DNA of 64,000 nt from Bugula neritina. Lineage: Eukaryota; Animalia; Bryozoa. A model generated the notes under the pieces. It was not told where the DNA came from and did not search any database. It saw nothing but the letters and a program-made list of their open reading frames with translations. The stretch covers positions 34,533,504 to 34,597,503 of the forward strand of contig OZ037765.1 of the NCBI GenBank assembly GCA_964035545.1. The letters are read 5' to 3'. Below, piece by piece: positions 1-12,700 of the stretch (the stretch's first letter is position 1; every line of letters begins with the position of its first letter). A program made the translations under genes and the position numbers.

Positions 1-3000
1 TATCTCAGTATAATATTATAATATATCTCAGTATAATATTATAATATATCTCAGTATAACATTATAGTATATCTCAGTATAACATTATAATATATCTCAG
101 TATAATATTACAATATATCTCAGTATAACATTATAATATATCTTAGTATAATATTATATTATATCTCAGTATAACATTACAATATATCTCAGTATAACAT
201 TATAATATATCTCAGTATAACATTATAATATACCTCAGTATAACATTATATTATATCTCAGTATAATATTATAATATATCTCAGTATAATATTATATTAT
301 ATCTCAGTATAACATTATAATATATCTCAGTATAACATTATATTATATCTCAGTATAACATTATATTATATCTCAGTATAACATTATAATATATCTCAGT
401 ATACATTATAATATATCTCAGTATAACATTATAATATATCTCAGTATAACATTATAATATATCTCAGTATAACATTATAATATATCTCAGTATAACATTA
501 TAATATATCTCAGTATAATATTATAATATATCTCAGTATAACATTATAATATATCTCAGTATAATATTATAATATATCTCAGTATAACATTATAATATAT
601 CTCAGTATAACATTATAATATATCTCAGTGTAATATTATATTATATCTCAGTATATCATTATAATATATCTCAGTATAGTATTATAATATATCTCAGTAT
701 AACATTATAATATATCTCAGTATAGCATTATAATATATCTCAGTATAACATTATAATATATCTCAGTATAGCATTATAATATATCTCAGTATAACATTAT
801 ATTATATCTCAGTATAACATTATATTATATCTCAGTATAACATTATAATATATCTCAGTATAACATTATAATATATCTCAGTGTAACATTATAATATATC
901 TCAGTATAATATTATATTATATCTCAGTATAGTATTATAATATATCTCAGTATAACATTATAATATATCTCAGTATAACATTATAATATATCTCAGTATA
1001 ATATTGTAATATATCTCAGTATAACATTATAATATATCTCAGTATAACATTATAATATATCTCAGTATAACATTATATTATATCTCAGTATAATATTAAA
1101 ATATATCTCAGTATAACATTATAATATATCGCAGTACAACATTATAATATATCTCAGTATAACATTATAATATATCTCAGTATAACATTATATTATATCT
1201 CAGTATAACATTATATTATATCTCAGTATAACATTATAATATATCTCAGTATAACATTATAATATATCTCAGTATAATATTATAATATATCTTAGTATAA
1301 CATTATATTATATCTCAGTATAGTATTATAATATATCTCAGTATAACATTATAATATATCTCAGTATAACATTATAATATATCTCAGTATAATATTGTAA
1401 TATATCTCAGTATAACATTATAATATATCTCAGTATAACATTATAATATATCTCAGTATAACATTATATTATATCTCAGTATAACATTATAATATATCTC
1501 AGTATAATATTATAATATATCTCAGTATAATATTATATTATATCTCAGTATAACATTATAATATATCTCAGTATAACATTATAATATATCTTAGTATAAC
1601 ATTATAATATATCTCAGTATAACATTATATTATATCTCAGTATAATAATATAATATATCTCAGTATAACATTATATTATATCTCAGTATAATATTATAAT
1701 ATATCTCAGTATAACATTATATTATATCTCAGTATAACATTATAATATATCTCAGTATAACATTATATTATATCTTAGTATAATATTATAATATATCTCA
1801 GTATAATATTATAATATATCTCAGTATAATATTATAATATACCTCAGTATAACATTATAATATATCTCAGTATAATATTATAATATAATATCTCAGTATA
1901 ACATTATAATATATCTCAGTATAACATTATAATATATCTCAGTATAACATTATAATGTATCTCAGTATAACATTATATTATATCTCAGTATAATATTATA
2001 ATATACCTCAGTATAATATTATAATATATCTCAGTATAATATTATAATATATCTCAGTATAACATTATAATATATCTCAGTATAACATTATAATATATCT
2101 CAGTATAATATTATAATATATCTCAGTATAACATTATAATATATCTCAGTATAATATTATAATATATCTCAGTATAATATTATAATATATCTCAGTATAA
2201 TATTATAATATATCTCAGTATAACATTATATTATATCTCAGTATAACATTATATTATATCTCAGTATAGCATTATAATATATCTCAGTATAATATTATAA
2301 TATATATCAGTATAACATTATAATATATCTCAGTATATAACATTATATTATATCTCAGTATAGTATTATAATATATCTTAATATAACATTATAATATATC
2401 TCAGTATAACATTATAATATATCTCAGTATAACATTATAATATATCTCAGTATAATATTATATTATATCTCAGTATATCATTATAATATATCTCAGTATA
2501 ATATTATATTATATCTCAGTATAATATTATAATATATCTCAGTATAACATTATAATATATCTCAGTATAACATTATATTATATCTCAGTATAACATTATA
2601 ATATATCTCAGTATAACATTATATTATATATCAGTATAACATTATAATATATCTCAGTATAACATTATAGTATATCTCAGTATAACATTATAATATATCT
2701 CAGTGTAACATTATAATATATCTCAGTATAACATTATAATATATCTCAGTATAATATTATAATATATCTCAGTATAACATTATAATATATCTCAGTATAA
2801 CATTATAATATATCTCAGTATAACATTATAATATATCTCAGTATAATATTATAATATATCTCAGTATAACATTATAATATATCTCAGTATAACATTATAA
2901 TATATCTCAGTATAACATTATAATATATCTCAGTATAACATTATAATATATCTCAGTATAACATTATAATATATCTCAGTATAATATTATAATATATCTC

Positions 3001-3927
3001 AGTATAATATTATAATATATCTCAGTATAACATTATAATATATCTTAGTATAACATTATAATATATCTTAGTATAACATTTTAATATATCTCAGTATAAC
3101 ATTATAATATATCTTAGTATTATATTATAATATATCTCAGTATAATATTATATTATATCTCAGTATAATATTATATTATATCTCAGTATAGTATTATAAT
3201 ATATCTCAGTATAATATTATATTATATCTCAGTATAATATTATAATATATCTCAGTATAACATTATAATATATCTCAGTATAACATTATAATATATCTCA
3301 GTATAATATTATAATATATCTCAGTATAATATTATAATATATCTCAGTATAACATTATAATATATCTCAGTATAACATTATATTATATCTCAGTATAACA
3401 TTATATTATATCTCAGTATAGTATTATAATATATCTTAATATAACATTATAATATATCTCAGTATAACATTATAATATATCTCAGTATAACATTATAATA
3501 TACCTCAGTATAACATTATATTATATCTCAGTATAATTTTATAATATACCTCAGTATAACATTATAATATATCTCAGTATAATCTTAAAATATATCTCAG
3601 TATACATTATATTATATCTCAGTATAACATTATAATATATCTTAGTATAATATTATAGTATACCTCAGTATACATTATATTATATCTCAGTATAACATTA
3701 TAATATATCTCAGTATATTATTATAATATATTTCAGTATAATATTATAATATATCTCAGTATAATATTATAATATATCTCAGTATACATTATATTATATC
3801 TCAGTATAACATTACAATATATCTCAGTATAACATTATAATATATCTCAGTATAATATTATAATATATCTCAGTATAACATTATATTATATCTCAGTATA
3901 TTATTATAATATATTTCAGCATAATAT
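1..3927. repeat. 23-bp AT-rich tandem satellite (consensus ~TATCTCAGTATAACATTATAATA); continues off the left edge
   Basis: TATCTCAG recurs with period 23 (positions 1, 24, ...) with scattered variants. Confidence 0.98.
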
Positions 3928-4310
3928 TGTAGTGGGTCACGCGGTATCATAATGTAGAATTATCTCCTCTCCGTTCGGGGAATACTAAAGGCCCCAATGT
4001 ATTATCTAATAAGAAGTACCGGAAGATGATTTTCCGGCCCAGTGGCAGTTCCAGGGTAGTGAGCGGTTATCACGTTGTTGTGAGCGAGGACTCGAAGTGT
4101 GTACACGTATTATTAGATGACTATTGTATTACTATAATTTGATGTAATGTTTTATACTGTGTTTATTATGGATAATAAAGATTATTTTATGGCTACTACC
4201 CTAATAATTACTAGTTAGAAAAGCATACTGAATACGCAAGCAAAACCCACGCATAGTAATTGTGCAAATTACAACAGTGGTGGCAGCGGTGGGATCTTGC
4301 GTACATCAGG

Positions 4311-6029
4311 ATGGCAGAAGAAGGTACGGAGCTACCCATTCCACTGAATGAAGGTGAGGAAGACAATGTTGTGACACCCGTGGAACCCGTAGTGTTGGAA
4401 GAAGTGAGAGTTCTCAGAGAACCCAGTGAAAACAGGTACCGGCTGAAGGCGCCCACTTTTATTGATTAAAAAGAAATAGAGAAATTTATCCAAGAATTTC
4501 AAGATGTGATGGAAGTTGCACGGTGGCCACCAAGGGTGGCATTGCTCAAACTCAGAATGGCGCTGACGAACAAGGCTAAGCCCTACGGAGCGGGACCTGA
4601 CATTGACAGGATATTCGCTTCTCTGTGGGCCCGTATTGATGTCTCCGCCATAGATGCGCAGGCCCGCCTACAAAGGCTGCGACGTGATCTTCACATGCCG
4701 CTGCAGGAGCATGAGGCTGGCGCAGATCGCGTTCCGCGATCTGCCTCAAGCGAACCGTGAGAGGTATACTTATGATGCCTTCGTGCAATCCATTAACGAC
4801 TTGGGACTCCATCACCAGTTCCAAGCGAAAGCAGTCACCACAGTCGAGGGTGCCCTCGCAGTAGGAGAAGCTTATCTCCTGGCGAGTCACATGCACCAGA
4901 ACCGCGTGGCCTCCCCCCAGGTAGCCACGGAGCATTCTACTGCTCCTGCCAAACAAAATGCGGAACCCTCCGCGGTGGCTAATGTGACACAGATGACGGT
5001 GGCATGGAAGGTCGCTCAGATGACCGACATGCTAGCCAAACTGGTCTCCACGTTAGCTCCTTCAAGCCAGGTAGACACTGCCCGTGAGCCTTGCGGGCTG
5101 CCGACACAGTCACCAGGGCATAACTTCTGCTTGGAATGTGGAAGACTTAGACATTTCCAGAAATACTGCCCTCTACTCTAACAAGGGTTAAACTACCACA
5201 GATGTTCCCACCTCCTGCGGGCCGCCGGTGAATTACGCAGGGAGGACAAGGCGTCAGCCGCCCGCTGGGCATCACGCGAGGATACTGTGGAGTGGCGACT
5301 ATCGCGGCAAGTAGGCTGTTCAAGCCACTCACCACCTGGGTCCTCTATGCTACTCCGAAACAGGTCCGACGGGCTGTTGACCTCAGGGCCTGCGAGAAAA
5401 AGGGTACAGGCGCCGCAAGGCGTACCGCCCCAACCTCGGCAGCTGGTCAATAGCCGTTGCCAACCATGGACCCCTCGACCCACAGCGAGGGAGGTGCAAC
5501 CACGGCACGTACAGATGCAACCTCGCGGGAGTAGCTACTTCCTGCCAGGAAAGATAGCTAGCAAGCCTGCCAACTTCCTTCTAGACTCGGGTTGCGCCAC
5601 CAACCTCCTGAGCCGTCAGTTCTTTGACACCCTCAGCACTAAGGTCAGGAGCGGGTTGGCACAATCGTCACAAACAGGCTAGAAACACCACCCGTGAGAC
5701 ATAACAATCCACGGGTGAGCACACCGCCTCCCACAGTGATGATATCTCCAGGACCGCACACTAGGCAACCCCCAGCGTACCTCGGAGACTTCGTATATGA
5801 CTGCGCTACAAGCGGCAGTTATGAAAGTCTAACTAGGTATCGTAGGAGAAGACAAGCAAAGAAACGTGGGAGTTGTGAACACCACGAAAATATCAACTTT
5901 TGCTTTGGCAAAATCACGAATGAGATTCATCCGCCGGAAGCAAAAAGTCCGAGTCACGCTTCGCAACCACGCTGCCCGGTCTTTTCCTACGTTGATGCAG
6001 TCAAGAGTAGACGTGCCACGAAACAATAA
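4311..6029 (+). pseudogene. Disrupted gag-protease plus integrase C-terminal tail of G1
   Basis: YRLKAPTF..WPPRVALLKLRMAL, CxxC-H-C knuckle (CLECGRLRHFQKYC), FLLDSG and RQPPAYL..PRCPVFSY match G4 ORFs; stops and frameshifts. Confidence 0.9.
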
Positions 6030-6050
6030 TCAATACCACTCTCATTCAAA

Positions 6051-7092
6051 ATGTCTTACTATTTTGGATCGAAGGGTGAGTTAGTTATGTTTTTGGTACG
6101 GGAACTAAACTACATCAGTCAGCTCTAACTATACCGGTTAGCGAGCCGGAGATTCGATAATGAAACACAGTGGTGAGAACACACGTCGACTTAGATTCCA
6201 ATAATCTGCCATAGTGAGTGTGTTCTCGATCAACTATTCAATTAGCCTGAATCTCGCGAGTGTTTAACTGAACAGAGCACCTGTCAGGCTGTACATGCCG
6301 GCGGTACTTCAGTGTATAATCTTTAACACTGCTAACTCTTTCAGATAACACTCGAGTGACCACCTCCCGGTCACGGGACTAGCCAACCCCTCTGCCTATG
6401 GAGGAAGAACCAGAAATGGAACATGGCCTGCCCGTGGTGCTTTGCCGACGACACAGATGGGTGTCGCTAGCGACGGAACAGAGAATAAAAGAAGCCTGGA
6501 GACCCAGCAGACCCGCCAGACCTGTCAGGTCTGCCTCGAGGAATGCCCATCACACCGCTCCCTGCGTCTACATGTAGACGCACACTTCCTGCTGCACTTT
6601 TGCCCGTGCGGGTTCCATGACGTGTACCCGTAGCCAGTTATAGTACATAAGATGAGCTGCTTCGCAGGAGAAGGCCACGTCGTGGGCGGGGACAGTTTCC
6701 CCCAGTATTTGGATGTCATCAAGCCGGTTGTCAAGAAGGCTCTAACCCTGGCTACGCTAACTTTGGGTTTCCAAATACTACTGCTGTCTGCCCGTCAGAA
6801 GTCCTCCATGATAAAGGCCCCGTTAACTACCCCTGTTAATCCTAGTAGCGCCCCCGAACCAGAAGAAGTAACAACACCCCTCGCCCCAGAGATTACTCCA
6901 CCCCCAGGACCCAGCTGATTGGCAACAGTAGAAGAGCGGCTTCTGCGACTACAAGCCGAATTTACACAACTAGCTCCGAACCTGCTCGAAACAACGACAA
7001 GCCTATACCAACTAAAAGACTCTGTGGGGCGATTGAAGCTGAGGCTACGTGCCCGACAAGCTCGGCACAGATCGCGCTCACTACAGGAGTGA
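6051..7092 (+). pseudogene. Spliced accessory ORF3 of G1 (exon1 6051-6075, exon2 6345-7092): zinc finger + coiled coil, degraded
   Basis: ATG TCT TAC..AAG G|GTGAGT donor; CTAAC..TTTCAG|AT acceptor; CQVCLEECPSHRSLRLHVDAH..CPCG and LATVEERLLRLQAEF homologous to the G3/G4 ORF3; in-frame stops. Confidence 0.8.
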
Positions 7093-7758
7093 GAGCCTAC
7101 CTACATAAGCATGCCTGTTAAAGGCACCTTCTCGGTGGACTACATTATTGACGTGTAAATGAGGAGTTTCCCCGGCCATTGGCCATTGGCCATTGGCCAC
7201 TGTACAGCACCCTCTCTCTCTATAGTTGACCAACTGTGTGTTCGACCACTCTGTCTACATTATTGTATATATGCTTTTGTGTACACAACATTTCTCTTCT
7301 TTCTGTTTGTGAGTTTAATTATGTCCGTTTTTATATATAGACTATTATACTGTTTTTTTGTGTTTTTCTTTTGTTATCAGAAAGTAGGGCTTTCTGCTGG
7401 TGGGGGCGATGTAGTGGGTCACGCAGTATCATAATGTAGAATTATCTCCTCTCCGTTTGGGGAATACTAAAGGCCCCAATGTATTATCCAATAAGAAAAA
7501 CTGGAAGATGATTTTCCGGCCCAGTGACAGTTCTCAGGTAGTTAACAATTATCACGTTGTTGTGAGCGAGGACTCAAAGTGTGTACACGTAGTATTAGAT
7601 GGCTATTGTATTGTAGTAAATTGATGTAATGTTTTATACTGTGTTTATTGTGGATAATAAAAATTATTATACGGCTACTACCCTAGTAATTACTAGTTAG
7701 AAAAGCATACTGAATACGCAAGCAAAACCCACGCATAGTAATTGTGCAAATTACAACA

Positions 7759-8135
7759 ATAATATTATAATATATCTCAGTATAACATTATAATATATCT
7801 CAGCTAGTATAACATTATAATATATCTCAGTATAACATTATAATATATCTTAGTATAACATGATAATATATCTCAGTATAATATTATAATATATCTCAGT
7901 ATAATATTATAATATGTCTCAGTATAATATTATATTATATCTCAGTATATAACATTATAATATATATCAGTATAACATTATAATGTATCTCAGTATAACA
8001 TTATATTATATCTCAGTATATAACATTATAATATATATCAGTATAACATTATAATACATCTCAGTATAACGTTATAATATACCTCAGTATAACGTTATAT
8101 TATATCTTAGTATAACATTATATTATATCTCAGTA
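7759..8135. repeat. 23-bp satellite, continued
   Basis: same unit as 1-3927. Confidence 0.95.
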
Positions 8136-9313
8136 GGGGTAACGGGGGCACAACGGGCCGAATTTTGCATTTGTTGCTCTCATTCGTCTGTTTTTCAAGT
8201 TACTAGTTCAATAATCTCTAGTTTTAATGCTACATCTGTTGTCTATTACAGGTACCAGTTTGTTGTTTCTATCTTTTTCACAACTTTCAGAATAATGAAA
8301 TTTTCATGACGAAAAAATTGGCTCATTGTGCCCCGGTACCGGGGTACAATGGGCCACTGGGTGGAACACAACAAATATTTTGAAATTTTGCGTATTTTGT
8401 TGTATCTGATCTTTATTTATTTAATAATACAAATAAATAAAGATACTCTTTCAGATCTACAGCAAAATTCATGTTTTAGCTGTACGGTTTGTGCCACTAC
8501 GGATAGCAGAGGAAGGCAAAATCAAACGCACGTCACTCGGTTCTGCAGTGCCATCATCATTACTGTTTTAAAATAAAAATGTTTTGTTATTTTCACTTCA
8601 GAGGAACGTTTATTAAAAAAAACTTTACTAAAATGTACTACAAAAATTCTGAGTGAACTTTTTTCAATGAACTGTAGCTAAGGTGCATGCATGGCTGAGG
8701 TTTGTGACTGGAGTACGGAACGGAAAGGGGAGAGCGAATGAGCAAATCACAATTTATTTCAGTCAAATGCATGTATATTCCCTCAATGGTGTAATATATA
8801 ATGATTATCATGACTATCTACTAGTAGCAAGTAGCAACAGCGGAGTGTTTTGTATTATGTATAAAATGGCAAAGCTTCAACCTCACCAGATGTATGTATT
8901 AGGGGAGCTTCAACTTGTAGTTTTGTAGTCTTACCATGATGTCTTTGATATTTTACAAAAAGGTCAGAAATGGCTATATTTATAGATTTTAGTAACAGTT
9001 CAACAAACTTTTTGGGCAAACAAACTAATAACAGTGATCAGGGTGCAATAATCAGATGACCCATTGTGCCCCGGTCAGCGTGGCCCATTGTGCCCCGTGT
9101 GGCCAAATTGAAAATAAATGTGCCTCAAGAAAAATTTATTTCAGTGTTTGCTGTTATACTAGTTAAGCATTGTAGAGACAAGCAATGGCAACAATATTAG
9201 TAAAATCTAGGCTTCTTGCTTTTGAGTGTAAAAAGTTATAAGGCTTCAACGACATTCTAAAAGATTTACGCCTGCTTTTTGTACCCCTATGACCGTTGTG
9301 CCCCTGTTACCCC
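8136..9313. mobile_element. Non-autonomous DNA transposon (~1.2 kb) in the satellite
   Basis: TIRs GGGGTAACGGGGGCACAACGG / CCGTTGTGCCCCTGTTACCCC flanked by TA; internal CATTGTGCCCCG motifs at ~8325 and ~9062-9097; no transposase ORF. Confidence 0.85.
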
Positions 9314-9507
9314 TATATAATATTACAATATATCTCAGTATAATATTATAATATATTTCAGTATAACATGATAATATATCTCAGTATATATAGTATTATA
9401 ATATATCTCAGTATAATATTATAATATATCTCAGTATATAACATTATAATATATCTCAGTATAACATTATAATGTATCTCAGTATAATACTATAATATAT
9501 CTCAGTG
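9314..9507. repeat. 23-bp satellite, right end
   Basis: same unit; ends ~100 bp from an LRR exon donor. Confidence 0.92.
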
Positions 9508-9606
9508 TAGCAAATCTGTTAGAGTTTTATGAACACATGTAAAAATATATTTTTAATCTATATTTATTACAATAATTATCTTTCTACACTATTATGTAAT
9601 ACACAC

Positions 9607-9750
9607 CTGTTTGGTAGAGTTGACAGTTTACAGCTACCCATTTTCAACTTTCTCAATGATAGTAAGGATGTGAATATATTGTCAGGTAGACCTTCACATA
9701 GCTTATTCTCTGATATATCCAATACCTCAAGATTCTTCAGTGAAGATATG
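9607..9750 (-). CDS. LRR cassette exon 7 (ISSLKNLEVLDISENKLCEGLPDNIFTSLLSLRKLKMGSCKLSTLPN)
   Basis: 144 nt, CAG| .. |GTGTGT, phase 2-2, two LxxLxL repeats. Confidence 0.9.
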
Positions 9751-12700
9751 CTGCTATAAAATACAGGTAGAAAATCATCAAAGTCAATTTAGCTATAATA
9801 TGTATTAATACTCCACATTTTACTCAATAGCTCATTTATGTTCTAGTATAGTTTTATATTGCAACACATTCATACCTAGTCTCAATATAACATATTTCAC
9901 TGCGGAATAATTTAGTTGTCAACATATAGCAGAGTAATGAATGAGAAATTGTCATACCATTTCTATATATGTACATCTGATTCAATATTATAGTAATTGT
10001 CTTAAGAAATCTCGTACACACAGCGTTTAGTGTGGGGCCACACAACACATTTTACACGTGTGTGTGTTTCGAGTGCAAAAATTTATTAGACAATGATGTT
10101 AGCGTTAAACTTTACTGCTCCCCTACAGGCGTTTGCTTTTTAAAACTACGTCTTCGGCAAAGTGATTTTGATATTATAAAAGCGGAAATGCAAACTATAT
10201 AAAACTGTTTTAATTCAGCTGGGTAAAAGTTAAATCGTAAATTAAAATAAAAAAGTGTGCTCGCTAAATATTACATGGTAATAAGCCAATTAGATCAAAC
10301 ACGAACGAGCGTGTCGCTGAGCTCGCTCAGCATGCTAAACGCATGAAAATCCCGCTCTTGACGTCTAATCTTTGAGCTAAATGTCATTTCTCGCACGTCA
10401 CGCGCGTGTAAAACATGTCGTGTGGCCCTACACTTAGTATAGGCCTAATAAGGATAGTGCAGATAACTTCATTATATATAATGTCATAGTACTCATACAC
10501 ACCTGTTTGGTAGAGTGGGTAGTTTGCATCTCTCCATGTCCAACTCTCTCAATGATAGTAAGAATGTGAATATATTGTCAGGTAGACCTTTAGATAGGTT
10601 ATTCCTCGATATATTCAATACCTCAAGATTCTTCAGTAAAGAGATGCTGTAACATAACATACAGGTATGAAATGTTGCATAATATTTTAATAAGAACATA
10701 ACCACAGCGTGTAATTCATTGAACATGACATCAAATCTAGTTTTACGAACAGGGTATTGAGAGTTGTCATCTACCTGAATATTAAGTACACATGTACTGC
10801 ACCAATCACTCCAATAATAATATTTTAACAGCCAAGTCATGAATTAATATTGTATAGTTAGTAGAGTTTCTCCTATTCTATATTATTGCACACGTATTAA
10901 ATAATACACACCTGTTTGGTATAGTTGACAGTTTACAACTACCTATGCCCAGCTTTCTCAATGATAGCAAGGATACAAATATATTGTCAGGTAGATCTTC
11001 AGATAGGTTACTCTTTGATATATCCAATACCTCAAGATTCCTCAGTGAAGATATGCTGTAACATAAAAATATTATACAGGTAGAAAATAATCAAAGTTAA
11101 TTTAACCATACTACATATCATTACTATTACTGTACATTCTATACTTAACAATATGAGCATTGCATAATATTGTAACATATTTATAACTCAATTTAATATA
11201 ACTTATTTGACTTTGAATAATAGACCCTTTTCAGATGCCCGGGTATCTCTTTTACACTTGAGAGTTGTGTCCTCCCAAAGTCAGTAGGTTGAACCTTTGT
11301 ATAAAGAGCAAACTCATTCAAAATTTAATGTTTGGCTGCTACTTAAAATTATAATTATGTTATAGAATTGTTCTTTTAGGAGATGGATATTTTGGTATAT
11401 GCACACATATTAGCAGTTGAAAAAAATTTAAAAAAAATTTCTTCAAGAGAATTTTGAAAAAAAGTAAACTTGAAAGCATTTTTGTGGTTTTCATTACTGA
11501 GCAATGCTAAAGTGCCACTTCAGCATTGCTCAGCAACGAAAGTCACAAAAAGGAATTCAAGATTATTTTGTTCAATCTATTTTCTTTTTGGGAGGACACA
11601 ACTCTTAAATGTAGGGGGGACATTGAGGACCTCTGAAAGGGATCTATTGAGTTGTCCACATTTATTAGAGGAATAAGTGAGAAGTTGTCACACCATTTCT
11701 ATCTGAGTACATATCCAATAGAATAGAATAAAATAGTTGACTTGTGACATATAATATACATAGAGTCTAGTTGACTCAATAAAGATAGTGCAGATAACTT
11801 CATAATGTATGATATAATACACACCTGTTTGGTAGAGTTGACAGTTTACAGTTCTGCATGCTCAACTCTCTCAATGATAGTAAGGATGTGAATATATTGT
11901 CAGGTAGACCTTCAGATAGGTAGTTATCTGATATATTCAATACCTCAAGATTCTTCAGTGAAGATATGCTGTAACATATTAAATACAGGTATGAAATCTT
12001 GCTTCAGATGAATAGAGTATTACACTCGCAATATACCAGCTTATGCTTTAATCTCAATAACACATTGAGATTTAACGGCATAAATTCACAACATTATCAA
12101 ACATATAGAAATGTATGAAATGAAGTTATCAGGTGAGAGAGTATTCTTCTCACTCTTTGCATAAAAATGATCAAACTAAGAATTTGCCATTTTCATAAAA
12201 ACTTGCATAGCTTCTCAAGTTTTAATAGATCAGTCAAGTAATTGTTCAAGAATATATTTTCAACATAGTTTCAAAGCTGGGCAATGACCTATAACGGTAA
12301 AGCAAGGCAGGATAGTGTAATTCATTAAGTTGAGAGCCTTCAAACAGCTAACAAAATAAGTTGGTTAGGCTCAACCATGCTACTGTGTATTTTCTGATGT
12401 CATATGAGAGGACCCCATCTCATATCTGCATACATTGTTCAAGGATGAATTGCAGAAAGAGCTTCCTGCCAGTTTGCTGCTGCTGCTGCTGCTGCTTGGG
12501 TTTTAAAGTATCTACTTTGAGATGTTGAATGGTTACAATGACAGATCACATTAAGAAATTCTGTTATTTATTCTGATTTCTTTTAATGATTCTTATTGTT
12601 ACCTTTAAATAAGTCATTTTTTAACTTACAAAATAGATAAAACAAATTATATTATAGGATAAACTCCTTGATTCAACTTTCCCACAGGGCAGTTCAACCT

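Larger units (their letters stand above)
3928..7758 (+). mobile_element. Ty3/Gypsy element G1, internally deleted (no RT/RNase H/integrase core), inserted in the satellite
   Basis: 349-bp TG..CA LTRs at 3928-4276 and 7410-7758 (~92% identical by hand count); PBS TGGTGGCAGCGGTGGGAT 4278-4295 (tRNA-Leu type); G-rich PPT before 7410; flanks ATAT/ATAA; gag and protease LLDSG remnants jump directly to the integrase C-terminal tail. Confidence 0.95.

Noticed and set aside
1-3927. Telomeric repeat or CRISPR array
   Set aside because: 23-bp AT-rich unit with no G-rich strand and no spacers; the same unit occurs internally at 39403
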